From Octopus sinensis (lineage: Eukaryota), in NCBI RefSeq assembly GCF_006345805.1, contig NC_043001.1, positions 72,974,001 to 73,038,000 of the forward strand: DNA of 64,000 nt. Direction: 5' to 3'. Shown one piece after another: positions 37,101-50,928 of the stretch (positions within the stretch are counted from its first letter, which is position 1; each line of letters opens with the position of its first letter). A program made the position numbers and the translations under genes. The notes under the pieces are model-generated. The model saw only the letters and a program-made list of their open reading frames with translations. It did not search any database and had not been told where the DNA came from.

Positions 37101-38204
37101 ATGTAATGTCTTCTCTTTATTCAAAGTATTTACACCCACATGCATACACACACATATACATACATACATACATACATACACACACACACATACATACATA
37201 CACACACACATACATACATACATGCATACATACACACAATGCATACATGCATACATACATACATCATCACTTAATGTCTGTCTTTCATGCTGGCATAGAT
37301 TACATGGTCTGACATGTCAGAGGACTACATCATATCCCAGTGCCAAATTTGGTATGGTTCTATGGCTGGATGTCCTGCCTAACACCAACCACTTTACAGA
37401 GTGTACTGGGTACTTTTTTCTCCCTCTTTGACACCAGTGAGGTCATAAGTAACTTGCAAGACAAGATTCTTCAAATGGGTGCGGGGTAGGGTATTAAGGG
37501 AGGTGACTTTATATTAGGTGTTAAAGTATGAAAGAGAGACAAGAGCAGATGTCTTGCTAGGGAGAAGAAACATGGCTACCCCAACTGGTAATAAAGCAGA
37601 GATGATAATGAGGTGTCAAGAAATAACCTTAAGGTACTAGGTGAATATGAGAGAATAGGGATAGGATATCAGAAAGTTTGCAAGAGTGTGAAAGGAGAGA
37701 GATGGATGAATGGCTAGAGATGGTGATAGAGGTGAATGGTGAACATGAGGTGGTGCTGGTGTAGTTCATGTGGAAAGGTAAAGGAAATAGGAGTGGGTCA
37801 GGGAGAAGGTGGCAGTACAAAAAAGTTGAAGAGAAGATCAACAGTGTATTAAAACTAGTAGATGGGAACTAGTGAGATGATGTGAAGTGTGAGGAGGTGA
37901 GAAAAGAATGCACTGTGACAGAGTGGAAATAGTGAAAAAAGAACAGAGGTGGAAAGGTGGGCCATCAATGGCTGCTCAGGTGAAAGTGCCTTCTATGGAA
38001 AATAAAGTGGTAAGCAATGATGTTGAGAATATGGGTTGGGATGAAAGGAAATGGTTCCAAGGAAAGGGATAAAAAGCATTGGTCAGCCTGATGCTGAAGT
38101 AGAAGGTAGTTGCCCTTGATGCTATACAGTATAAGCACATAGTTGCAAAACAAACTTTTTAATCAGATAGTCATGCCCTCATCAATATATACACACACAC
38201 ACAC

Positions 38205-38270
<66 letters not shown>

Positions 38271-40438
38271 ACACACACACTTGCCATCCTGGGGCAGTTA
38301 TGTAATAAATATATATAAATACACATGCACATATTTGTACTTGTTTGCAGCACCCTTCACTTCACATTTTTCTCAATTATGGTAATTGATGTCCCTTTCT
38401 TCACGCAATCTGATGATTGGGGACTGTTAAAGTTCTGAAACAACAAACATGTTATTATCCAATCCAATTAGCTCAATGGTTTTAATCCTATCTTGTTTTC
38501 ATCTACATTTGTTGATAGTTATGTAACTTATTTGTTTTTCATTTTCCTCTTTACAAAATAACCACAGGTTATAATAAAAAGTGAAGGCAAGTTGGTTCTG
38601 TGTATTTTTTTTTTTACTTTTTTTTTCTGATGCATCTCTTTGAAAATACAATGATATTGTTAGTGAAGTATGCATTATTCAGGCCTTACGTTATTGTTCT
38701 TATTTTTGTTTCTTTTATTTCATGAGAAGCCGAGAACTTCTTATTAAACCAACTTTTAAAAGGATGTTTTAATTTTAATGAATTAGAATAGATTAAATTT
38801 TAAGATACTTTTCGTTTCAGTTATTTACTCTTGGATTTGTTACTCTCTTGTGGATTTAAGTAGGAAAAAATGGCTGAAACATACCAAAATAGAAATATGA
38901 AGAATATATAATGACCAAGCTCAAACCAAATTTATTCTGAAATGAAGCTTAGTATTTACATAAGAGAACCTTCCCCAACCCTTTGGATCATAATATAAAA
39001 TGTATAAACCCCACCTCCTCCTTTGATTATGCTCTCAGTGTCAACTTGTTAGTTTTTATGATGCTTATTTATTTTGAACTTTGGGAAAACAAGGTGCTTA
39101 AAGACGGAGAGTCTCAGAGCAAAATGCTGGCCTTGTCATCCTTGATACTTCATTTTAACTGTTTGCTTAACTTCAGAGAAACCAATTTAAAAAATAAACA
39201 AGACACTCACGTGCGCGCACACACACACACAAACCAGAGACAGAGGGAAAAAATTAAAATTCCAGATTTACTTTTTAACCATTTTTCTAAATAGTTTAAA
39301 GAATGTCCTCCTTAAAAGAGAAACACACAAAAGAAAAAAAAAAAAATGAAACTAGCTTCTTTTCTTGTTGGTAACTAAATCCTTTTTACATTTGACAAAA
39401 TTCTTTGTATATTTTCATAATATCCCAGCTTTTCGTTTCTACCAAAGGTATTTGGTTGTGGTTTCTTTCTTTCTTTTTTGTTCTTTTTGTTGCCAAAATA
39501 TTTCTTTTAAAGAAATTTGTCCTTCGTCCCTATTCCTATTGTTTGTGGCTGTGAGACATTGATTTATTTTCTTCTTTGACATTTTTTACTACTCAAATAT
39601 GTTTTGTGAACCTAATATTTGTGGCCCCTTTGAAATAAAGCAAGGAAAGGGCTAAACTAGTACCAAACATCTCCTGACCTCAAATGTAATGTAGCACAAC
39701 CTGTTTCAATATGTATTTAATCAGTTCAATCCTTTTGTTACCATTGTTTCTGCTGAAATATACTGCATTTCTTTTCAACTAGTTTTGAAAAGAAAGAGAA
39801 TTTAGTTGAACTACTTTACCATTATTAAACTGTTTTTATAGAATGTAAATTAACATGAAATTTTCATGTTAATCGTTTTAAAGATTACTTTCAAAAATGA
39901 AGTTTGTATCATAGAACCAAGAGCAGTCTAGGGCAGGTTTGCTATCATAAGGGATAAACAGTTACACTGTTCATCCCTTAGTGTGTCTGTGTAAAAAATA
40001 TGTAAAGGTGACAAATTGGCAGAATCATAAGAGTGTTAGATAGAATGCTCCTCAGCAGGTATTCCAATTCTCTGCACACTGAGTTCAAAACCCACTGAGG
40101 TAATTTTTGCCTTTCATCTTTTCAGAGCCAATTAAAAGGTTTAAATTTAGGCACTAGTTTGGTGGAACTGTTAGAGAGCCCAATAAGATACCTTGTGGTG
40201 TCTTCCATATCTTTGCTTTATGGCTGTAGTGCCCAAGGTAACACTTGATACCAAACTTTATTGGCTCAAGTCAGTGTCCTTTCTCTTGAATGAATAACAT
40301 TGGTGTGGAAAAGGAAAACTTGCATGCTTAGGCAACTGCCAAACTTTTTCATAAAGTCTTGCCCAGGCTTTCACATGTGCAGAGCCATGATTAACATTGC
40401 TCAGTTAAGGCCCTATTTAATTATGAATTCTGTACTAT

Positions 40439-40788
40439 AGGCACAGGCAGTTGTGTGGTAAGAATTTGCTTTCCAACCACATGGTCCCGGGTTCAGTCAC
40501 ACTGTGTGCCACCTTGGGCAAGTACCTTCTACTGTAGCCTTGGGCCAACCAAAGCCTTGTGAATAGATTTGTTAAACAGAAACTGAAAGAAACCAATCGT
40601 GTGTGTGCCTGCATTTGCCCACCACCACTACTTGACAACCAGTGTTGGTGTGTTTACATTTCTGTAACTTACCAGTTCAGCAAAAGAAACAAACAGAATA
40701 AGTATCAGGTTTTACAAAAAAAAAAAAAGTTCTAGAGTTGATTCATTTGACTAAAATCCCTCAAGGCAGTGCCCCAACATGGCCACAG
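40439..40788 (+). mobile_element. tRNA-derived SINE (family A)
   Basis: GGCACAGGCAGTTGTGTGGTAAG...GGTTCAGTC (A/B boxes), CCTTGGGCAAG core, 3' GATTCATTTGACTAAA. Confidence 0.85.
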
Positions 40789-42669
40789 ATTATACTTTTA
40801 GGCTTTGCTTTCATAATTTATGTATCTTAAAGTAAGACAATTTGATTGATTACATTTCTCACTGAACCTTATTCACTGGAGAATTTCAAAGCAGAGCTGC
40901 AGATAAACACTATGCTAGAAATAACAGCCACACTTTCAGAAATAACACTAAACTTTGCGAAAAAAAAAAAAAGAATATTTTTAAATGGAAGGATTCATTG
41001 GATAGTGTAGTTTCAGGTATTGTGTGTCTGAAAACAAGGTGGAATAGTCATCATTTGAATCTCTTTCACTATACACCTGCTCAATCACATTTGAGCTGGA
41101 ACATCAACGCTTGTCAGTTATTAATTATTACTTGCAATTACCATTATTTACAACTAGGACTGAGTCAGTGGTTCTTTATCTAGCCTCCTTTAAGGGGGTA
41201 TTGTATGCTCGCAAGGAGACCAGTAAACATTAATGGGACAAAGGATGTTTAGCAGGTGGGGGTTGATTTTTCTTAGACTTAAAAATTTTAAGCCTGATTC
41301 ATTATATTTTGAAGCTAAGGTGAAACACCATTTTGTTATATAAAGTCCTTGCTTTCCTTTGTATTTCCATAAAACCTCTAACGTAAGAGGCACTTAATTC
41401 AGTGGTATCCACTTTGCTGTTAGCATTTGAACCAGTTCTGCAGTGTGATGATATTCTTGGAGGCCCTGTAAAGAGTCGTAGGCACTGTTGTATCTCTTCA
41501 CTAAGTAATGAAAGGAAAAGAACATGCAAATATCAGTGGAATTCTGGTTTAAGCACCCCATATAACCCCTCATAACTTATTATTTTTTTGCGAATTTGTG
41601 TTCTACACACAGGAATTCATGTAATTATGAAAAAAAAATTTTTTTGTGTGTGTGTGATTTGAGGACAATTTAGTTGTCATTTTTAGCACATCTCGTGACC
41701 ACCTGATACCTTCCTCATTTCATTTTTTGTCACTCTGACATGTATTGATTTTCTTTCAATATTTTTCTTCCCATAGTCACATTTGATGAAATGATAATGT
41801 ACCCAAGGGTGGTCCAATGCTGAGATTTAAGCAAAAAATTTGGATTGTCCATATTAAAAAACAAATTTGGATTGTCCATATTGAAAAAACTCTGATTAAA
41901 AAAACAAAATTCGATAAGGAGGGAAAATTTTAGGATTTATGGGGAGGGGGAGGGGTTTAAAAAATTAGAAACCTTTTTTTTTTTAATAATTGTATGAATT
42001 CTTGTGTGTAGAACACAAATTTACAAAAATTTTCTGAAACTTCCAAAAAATTTTTAAAAAGCAGCACATACAGAATAGGAAAATGAATTAGCTTCTTTTG
42101 ATCAAGATATATATTTTTTTAGCAAAACATGAGCAGTTGAATGGGGGTCATTTGTAAAACCCCATTCTATGTAAAGGACATACTGTGCTACAAAAGGTTG
42201 AGGCTTATCTGAGTAGATGATGATGGTCAGAGATAAAATTTAAGTCATCATCAATGTGTGGCCCCTTGATGCCATATCTACTCCGTTGATTAACTATACC
42301 ATTATATCAATTATTATTACTACTACTGTAAATGTTTTTATTTCATAAAGTTATTAATAAATCAGAAAATACCAGTTAAAAATAATACTATTGATGTCAC
42401 TTTTTTTTTTTTTTTGTTTTCTGTTTCAGTTAATTATCTTGGCTTTTCATCATAAAACATTTGAAATAATATATCATGTTCAAATATGAAATACAAAAGT
42501 TAGATTTCAAAGAGAGAAAAACAAAAATAATAAAAAAAGTTAACTAATATTGTTTTTGTTCTTTTTATTTTTTTAGTTCCTACTGGCATTGATATATTTC
42601 CTCTATGTTGTTATACCTGTACACTGAACAAGGCAACAACTTTGGTAGTGTAGTTAACTATGAAGTACA

Positions 42670-42945
42670 GCATACCACCACCACAGTCTTCATCACAACC
42701 TGACCATCAGCACCACCTCCACTGACACCACCACAAAAAACAGCACCTCCATCACTCACAACAACTTCCACCACCACTATCTCTACCACCTCCACGACAA
42801 TCACCATCAACCCAACTTCAACCTCCACCATTACAATCAATCCACTACAACCTCCACCACTACAACTACCACCGACATCGCAACAACTACCACTACCACA
42901 GCAATCAACACCTCCAGCAATACCTTAACTGCCACCACTTCACTC
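42670..42945. repeat. degenerate (ACC/ACT/ACA)n trinucleotide tract
   Basis: C/A-rich triplet repeats. Confidence 0.75.
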
Positions 42946-43004
42946 TCCTCTTGTCATCTCTTCTATGTCTCACCTCACTTTACCCAAACATTTCTTAGAA
43001 TATT

Positions 43005-43222
43005 AGCTTCAAATGTTGGCACTAGGCTAGCAAGTTCGGGATTACATCAGTCACTCAATTACATCAACCCTAGTGCTCAACTGGTACTTATTTTATTGGC
43101 CCCAGAAGGATAAAAGGCAAAGTTGATCCTCGTGGAATTTGAACTTAAAACATAATTTGGATGAAATGCTGCTAAGCATTCTGCCCAACATGCTAACAAT
43201 TCTATCAGCTCACTGCCTTGCC
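43005..43222 (-). mobile_element. tRNA-derived SINE (family B)
   Basis: CTGGTACTTATTTTAT...AAAGGCAAAGTTGA...GGAATTTGAACT...CAGCTCACTGCC. Confidence 0.75.
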
Positions 43223-43691
43223 TCTCTTAGAATATTTCATACAAACATTTGACTCGCTGAAGTTTAAACTGAGCATCAGTGACATCAATGTCACCAGTCC
43301 TGGTGGTTCTACAAAGCTCAGGAGCACCCCTCCTTTTCCCCCTCAACTAATTAGTGTGTTTTGAGGATGCAATTTCTAGAAAAATCAGTTTGGTTTTGTT
43401 AAGACATACCAGTTTATGGAATTGTTGTCATTAAGTTGTCTAGTGAATGAAGGCTGTCTTGCAGAAATGTTATCAATTCAAAAATCTGGAGAAATTTGAA
43501 TGTGTGTGTTTTCTTTATGGCTGATGTGCCTAGGTTTGTCCTGACTAGAACTGGCCATTCTGTAGTCCCAGATTGTACCTGTGGTCAAACAGTCTTGCTT
43601 ACAGGCTACAGTTTATTTCATGATATGATCTGTGAATGGGTTTTGTTGGAATATCAGCTGCTTTTGTTGATATCTACACTACCTCGTGTTA

Positions 43692-44072
43692 TCTTTTATT
43701 TGTTTCAGTCATTTGACTATGGCCATGGTGGGGTACTACCTTGAAGAAATTTTCATTGAATGAATTGACCTCAGAACTTTTTGGGTTTTTTTTTTTTTGT
43801 TAAGCCTGGTACTTATTCTATAGGTCTCTTTTGCCAAACTGATAAGTTATGAGTATGTAAGCACACCAACACCAGTCAAGCAGTGGTGGAGGACAAACAC
43901 AAAGACACACATACATGACTAGCTTCTTTCAGTTTCCATTTACCAAATCCACTTGTAAGGCTTTGGTTGGCCCAAGGCTGTGATAAAAGACACTTTCCCA
44001 AGGTGGCACACAGTGGAACTGAACCTGGAACCAAGTGGTTGGGAAGCAAACTTCTTACTACACAATCACACT
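43692..44072 (-). mobile_element. tRNA-derived SINE (family A)
   Basis: Collinear with 51816-52181. Confidence 0.8.
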
Positions 44073-45079
44073 GTTGTTTTTTTTTTCTTTTTCACAACAT
44101 GGTTGTTGTTACAACTGAGTGAATAGTAACCCCCCCCCCTACCCCATAACAGTGTTTAATTGTAAGTTTAAGTAAAATGGTTGAGAGGATTAGTCAAATG
44201 GATATGTGAATGGAATTCACTGTGTCTGCGTAATGTTTTTGTAATTAGTTTTTCTTTGTTACTTCAATGGTTTTTTTGGGTTGTTTTTTTTTTGCTGATA
44301 GCTTCTCCATGTTTGTTTTAGAATCTGTATGATGTAGTATTTTCACATGATGATGATGCTTGTCCTTACCTGATGGATTTTAACTCTGGGTTTCAAGGGG
44401 TTTTCTAAGACAGATATATTTTCCAGGCTATCTGTGCTGATATGTTATATGTATCATATCATTTATATTATATGCTCCTTGCAGAGCTAGTCTGTTAACT
44501 TTTATGTTATTATTTTTTCTTGAGCTATAAAGAAGGAGCTAATATAGCTAAGTAATCACTTGTAGAAGATATTATATTTACTTATAAACCTTCCAATTAA
44601 AACATTATTTTGTGCTACAAATCTATTGCAATTACTGGTTAAATATGATTATGTAGTTTTAGTTTAAACTAACCATTGTCATTGACTGGAATTTCTAAGA
44701 ACCCCAGAAGGTCAAGGAGTGAAATACTAACACCATTTTCTTTGACTTTCAAAGAACTCTGTCACCTCAAGTTCTAGTCAGAGACTTGTTGACACCGTTT
44801 TAGTATTATAATCAGTCTCTCTTAATAAAGTAGATATATTAAACCATAGTTTCACTCACTCAACTCATTAACATTATTGGTTTGGCTGTACAGTCATATC
44901 CTTCATTAAAACCATGTGGTATCTCAGCTTGGAGTTTCTTTGTGCTCTGTATTTTAAGATAATGGAGCTTTAATATACATAATTTTCATCTGATATAGAT
45001 CTATTCACATTACTTAAGATTTATTTATTAATTATAGTGCTATATCTGTTAAACAATCTGAGCTGATGCTCCCAAATCA

Positions 45080-45695
45080 AACAAGTAACAGGGCACATCC
45101 CAGTTTCTGAGTAGAGTCATTCATTGGATTAAAAATCCAACCAATGGTGACCCTGCCATCCTACTAAGCATCTAGGTATCAAAGAAGTTCAGATGACTCC
45201 TAAGGGCCCCAGACAGTCTCCAAGTCTTACAATGATAGAACAAGACAGGGAATATCAAAGACCTAAAGACTCAAACCTTTGTCCTCCTGCACTGATATCA
45301 GCAGCACCAGACACCCTTGTCCAGCAAGTTCACAACTGCACCAGGTCATCCCAGTCTTTTTAGGACTTCAGACTCACAGCTAATGATGCTATGAGTCTCA
45401 CTACTAAGATAAGTGAAACAGTCAACAAAGTCAACATTCTCACCCACAATGGAGACACGAGGTGAAGTCCTCCAAGAAGCCAACAAAAGACTGGATCTTA
45501 ACCTAAGAGACTCTAAGGCCAAGTGATTCTACTTCATCAGTGAAAGTAGGGCTTTCCTTAAGACTTCCAAAGACTCAGCAACAGTGTGATCAGCAAAATC
45601 TAGATCGGTAATCCTAGTTTCACCAATGAATGCACCATAACTTGATTGAGTCACAGTTCGGCCAATTATCCAATTTATGCAGGCTTTAACACAGA
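45080..45695 (-). mobile_element. old RTE LINE RT fragment
   Basis: Minus translation ACINWIIGRTV...RITDLDFADH...ENVDFVDCFTYLSS...ESEVLKRLG. Confidence 0.7.
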
Positions 45696-46169
45696 CAGTT
45701 TGGCCAGGTTGCTTGATTTTCTGAATTAGACCCTGCTTATTGTGTTGTCTTCACTGAGGATCCAGCTGGGTTGACAGCTTGTGTTGGTTGACCACATGCC
45801 TTGTGTTCACAGCAGAGGAGGAGGTATCTCGTGGAGATGTAGACTGACTGGGACTCTGTTCATCACCAGGAGGACCCAGGAATATAGCAACTAATAGTGG
45901 ATGCAGCAACATGCTACAATCACGCATGCCCCCCACACCTACCATATATCTGTCAACCTATGATCAACTTTTTCTTTGCTCCTTAAAAGTGTTCTTGTCC
46001 TTTATTTCTGTACTCTCCTCTGAATCACACTGGTAAGAGAAAACATAGCAGCCTGCCAGGAACTTAGAAAAATATATATTTAGCCTTGTACTTTGGAAGT
46101 ATGTATATGTGTGAAACCTAGAAATATGTGATACTTGCAGATATGTTGATTGCTGAATTAGGAGGGTTT

Positions 46170-46430
46170 ACAGGAGAGTGAGGAGGGGAATTGAAAAGTA
46201 GACCCAACAAAAGGACCAACCTTTGAATCTGCCAGTGTAATTAAGGACATGCAGGCAGGAAATATAACTGGTCCATCAAAGATAGTTCCTAAGATAATGA
46301 AAGTATCTGGCAAAGTAGGGCTCATACTAGTTTGCAGCATCACTAAAATCAGAATTATGTTAGATGAGATGCAGTTCAAGTTCGTTCTAGGAAAAGGTAC
46401 TCCTAATGCCCACTTTGTTGTAAGATAACT
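46170..46430 (+). mobile_element. old RTE LINE RT N-terminal fragment
   Basis: IKDMQAGNITGPSKIVPKIMKVSG and LDEMQFKFVLGKGTPNAHFVVR, resembling the QFGF...GTTDAIF block. Confidence 0.55.
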
Positions 46431-46627
46431 GTCTCTATGGTACTAGTTGATGAGGGATTACATCCTTGTTTGGCTTCGTGAAGGATTTCCTGGTAATTGG
46501 TGGTTAGGGTGGGGATGGATGTAGTAGCACAAAGCAGATGCACACAGTTTTCCTGTTAACAATAAATGAATGCAGAATATACATGTGTGTGTATGTGTGA
46601 GTGCACACACACACACACACACACACA

Positions 46628-46865
46628 TCTTGTTTCAGTCATTAGACTGCAGTCATGATGAAGCACCACTTTAAAGAATTTTGGTCAAACAAATTGACCC
46701 CAGTACTTACTTTCTTTTTTTCTGAAAGCCTGGTACTTATTTTATTAGTCCCTTTTGCCAAACTGCTATATTACAAGAACATAAAAATACCAACACCAAT
46801 TGTCAAGTGATGATAGGACACACACACAATCTCTCTCTCTCTCTCTCTCATATACATACACACAC

Positions 46866-46911
<46 letters not shown>

Positions 46912-47045
46912 TGACGAAGTTCTTTCAGTTTCCAACCATCAAATTCACTCACATGGCCTTGGTCAGCCCGAGGCTAAAATAAAAGTCACTTTCCCAGGAT
47001 GTTACACAGAGTGGTACTGAACCAAGAACTATGTGGTTGGGATGC
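46628..47045 (-). mobile_element. tRNA-derived SINE (family A)
   Basis: Collinear with other family A copies; central CT/TA/CA microsatellite. Confidence 0.75.
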
Positions 47046-47869
47046 AGGTAAGAAGAGGCACAGACGTATCTTTATGAATATAGGGTTTGCTTTATGACCA
47101 CTTGGTCCTGAGTTGTTCTTCACTGCTCAGCACACTGAGCAAGTGCATTCTACTTTGGTCTCAGGTTGATCAATGCCTTGAGTGAAACTGATCATTGGAA
47201 AGTGTGTGTGTATGTGCGTGTGTGTGTGCATGCGCATGTTTATAAATGTATTTATGTGCATGTCTGGGTGTGAATGCTTACATTCCCTTGTAAACAATGT
47301 CTTGCAGCTCAGCACTTTTCAACTTGTAATGATTGATGAAGTAAAATTTTTTAAAAATTCAATGAAAAACTGGTGGGAGTTGGTGACAGGAAAAGCATCC
47401 TGCCATAGAATACTGCTTCAGTAAGTCTCTGTCCATCTTCAATACAGCCATAGAAAAGTCAATGTAAAGTGAAGGAAGGCATTTGTCTATATGTATGTAT
47501 TTATGTAAATATGTATGCATATGCATTAGCATGTGAATGAATACATTGGTATGGAGAAGATTAATGTGTCAATGAAAATATATAACTTAGTGTTGTTGTT
47601 GCAGTGCTGGTCCAGAGGGAAGTGCTGTTTTATGAGCAATGGTTTCATCTGCAGTGAAATTGCTTGTGTATAATGTGTATGACAAATGTCAGAAGATTAA
47701 GAACTGTTGGTATCATTGGTAGGTAGATAGCTAGGTGGATAGGTGGCTGTGTATGTAGGTAGCTGCAGTAGTTATCTTAAACAGATTTCACTTCTCTCAA
47801 GTGGCTTTTCCTTCATTCTTTTATCTTCAAACTTTATCTATTTATCTATCTCTCCCCACTCACAAATAA

Positions 47870-47931
47870 TAATAATAGTAGCAGTGATGGTGGTAGTAGT
47901 AGTACTAGGTGTAGTAGTAGTAGTACTAGGT

Positions 47932-47964
<33 letters not shown>

Positions 47965-47965
47965 A
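47870..47965. repeat. (GTA)n microsatellite
   Basis: Direct reading of the sequence. Confidence 0.9.
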
Positions 47966-49416
47966 CAGTTTAAAATTTTGGTGTGAGGCCAACAGATTGA
48001 GGAAAGGGGGCAAATTGATTACATTGATCCCACTCTTCAACTGAATGGATGAAAGGTAAAGTCAATATTGGCAGGATTTGAACTCAGAATGTAGAGTTGG
48101 AAGAAATACTGCTAAGTATTTTATCTGATGCACTATTCTGCCAGCTCACCATTTTAATAATAGTAATAATAATAGTGATGATGATGATGATGACGACAAT
48201 GATATCAATGTTTAAATTTCCTTACATTCTACATATTAGATAGAATTACGTTTCTCTCTTGGTTTTGATATGTAATGTTGTCTTAGGACACAGGTTCTCA
48301 ACATGAGGTGCCTGTAACCCCCTGGAGGTGTCATGGCGTTTCATGGGGTGCTACAAAGAGAGAAAGTATGTATCTTAAAATCGTTTTTCAGAATAAAAGT
48401 ATTAACTATTAAAAATAACATTATTCTGTCAAGCATAACAAGAACTTTTACTTTTAATAAAAGTATATATTATTTTGAATTCAATTTGATCACCCACAGA
48501 GCTGCATGTGGTTCAATGCAAAAAGGAAAGTAAATTAGTTAATAAGAAAATCGACTTTTTCATGTTCAAATGTGATGTTACTTTTTGTAGATGGTGGATG
48601 TAAAAATTGATTAAATATTACCTAAGGATGCAAGGCAGACAAAAATTTTGGACATGGTGTCTTACAAGCTACTCTAAAGTAGCTGTAAGTAAACCTGCCG
48701 GATGGTGCAGTCTCTCTACCTGGAGACATTACTCTTGGAATGTGTTACTATTCAGTGTTCCTCTGTTGTCATTTTATAACACTATAACACTAATTAGTTA
48801 GATGCATTAGTAATTAAATAATTGTTAACACAGTACACTTATGTGTGGATGTATATATCATCATCATTTTAACTATCACTTTTCCCTGCTTCCATGAGTC
48901 AGATGGAATTTGTTGTGGCAGATTCTCTATTATTGGATGCAAGTGAATTTTCTATAGTCAGATGCCCTTCCTGTCACCAACACTTACCTGTTTTTAAGTA
49001 AAGTAATATTTTCCCATGACCTGACATATCTCAGAAGACTGGAAATGAAGGGCACCATCCAACTATTACACGATGACAAAACAAGGAGACGGCAATGCAC
49101 ACGCAAACACACTTGTGTGTGTGTGTATATACACACGTACGCACTCAATAGGCTTTTTTCAGTTTTTGTATATCAAATTCACAAGGCTTTAGTTGGCTTG
49201 GTGCCATGAAATGGGACTGAACTCAAATCCATGTTGTTGGGAAGCAAGCTTCTTACCACATAGTCATACCTGCACCTGTAATGTGTGTGTGCATGTGTGA
49301 TATGTCAAAGGCACCTGGTACACTCTGTGGAGTGGTTGGTGTTAGGAAGGGCATCCAGCTATAGAGAGAAAGCCAAAACAGATTGCAGCCTGTGTATATA
49401 TATATATATATATATA

Positions 49417-50880
49417 TTTCATTTTTGGATTTGGTTTGCAAGATTCTTTATGTGAGTTCATGTGTTGAAGCATATTCTGTTGTGTCTGGAGAGAGTCACT
49501 TTCTTTTTATTCCTTATAATTTAACACACTCACCGGTAAAATTTCCACTTATTTCTTATTTTTATTTTCCTAAAATTTTCGTTGCGTCTTGCAATCTTTT
49601 CAATAGTCTTGACTCTGTCCATTATTTACACTGCGTTCCTTTTTGTTTGTTTGTGTGTGTGTGTGTTTTGCAACTATGTACTGTGTTTGTATATATGGAT
49701 GTGCATCTCCATATGTATGGACATGTGTCTCCATATGTGTCCTTGTGTGAAGTAAAGTGTGTGTGTGTGTGTGTGTGTATATGGTCATGTTTTTCAGTCT
49801 CCATTTACGTATGTGTTCTTGTCTGTTCATATAACCTATGTACCTATCCGTCTGTATATTGATTTGTTTATTTTCATATCCATATGCTTACATACATGTG
49901 CATATAAACATATACGTATACCCACCTATACACACACATACACACATACATCTATCTACATAACAGCCCACTAACTATTCTACTCTACCTGTGTAAACTG
50001 TGGGTATGAAGACCCCGGGAGTACGTCCTTATAAATGAAACTTTCCCAATACTAAATATACATAGTAGATATCATATCTCCATACCCACAGTTTACACAG
50101 GTAGAGTAGAATAGTTAGTGGGCTGTTATGTAGATAGACGTATGTGTGTGGGTGGGTGTATTTATATATGTGTATATGCACATGTATGTAAGCATATGGA
50201 TATGAAATTAAACAGATCAACATACAGACGGATAGGTACATAGGTTATATAAACAGATGTGCACACATATGCAAATGGAGACTGAAACACATGACCATAT
50301 ATACATGTGCACTTTACTTTACGCAAAGACACATATGGAGACACATATACACACATGGAGATGCACAACCATACATACAAACACAGTACGTAGTTGCAAA
50401 ACACACACACACTCAGATATGCACACACAAGGAGACAGAGATGCATATATATACAAACACATGCACACACACACATACATAAAAAATACACAAACACGGA
50501 CATGCAAGCACATGAATATGCAGAATACATACATACAGGTGCACACAAATACATACATATATACATATGCATACACACACATATACATGCACACACACAC
50601 ACATACATACATACATACATACATACATACATACATACATACATACATACATGCATGCATGCATGCATGCATGCATGCATGCATGCATAGGCACACACAC
50701 ACACACACTCGCTGACCCACACACATGCACACAAACAAACAAAAAGGAACGTAGTGTAAATAATGGACAGACGCAATGAAAGTTTTAGGAAAATAAAAAT
50801 AAGAAATAAGAGGAAATTTTACTGGTGAGTGTGTTAAATTATAAGGCACAGAAACAAAATGACTCTCCCCTGACACAACA

Positions 50881-50881
<1 letters not shown>
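49417..50881 (-). mobile_element. large fold-back element in (TA)n, Penelope-like inverted pLTR architecture
   Basis: Arms 49477-50012 and 50077-50881 are inverted with a 64-bp spacer; unpaired extension 49417-49476; TA arrays on both sides; the right arm has about 300 bp of extra (CATA)/(CATG) sequence. Confidence 0.8.
49570..49606 (-). ncRNA. minimal type-I hammerhead, U3-A8 core variant
   Basis: Minus: CUA-UUGAAAA-G-AUUGC AAGAC GCAAC-GAA-AAUU-U-UAG. Confidence 0.6.

Positions 50882-50928
<47 letters not shown>

Noticed and set aside
42670-42945. Mucin-like Thr-rich exon
   Set aside because: The Thr-rich frame shifts within the tract and there is no clear donor site; better explained as a decayed triplet repeat.
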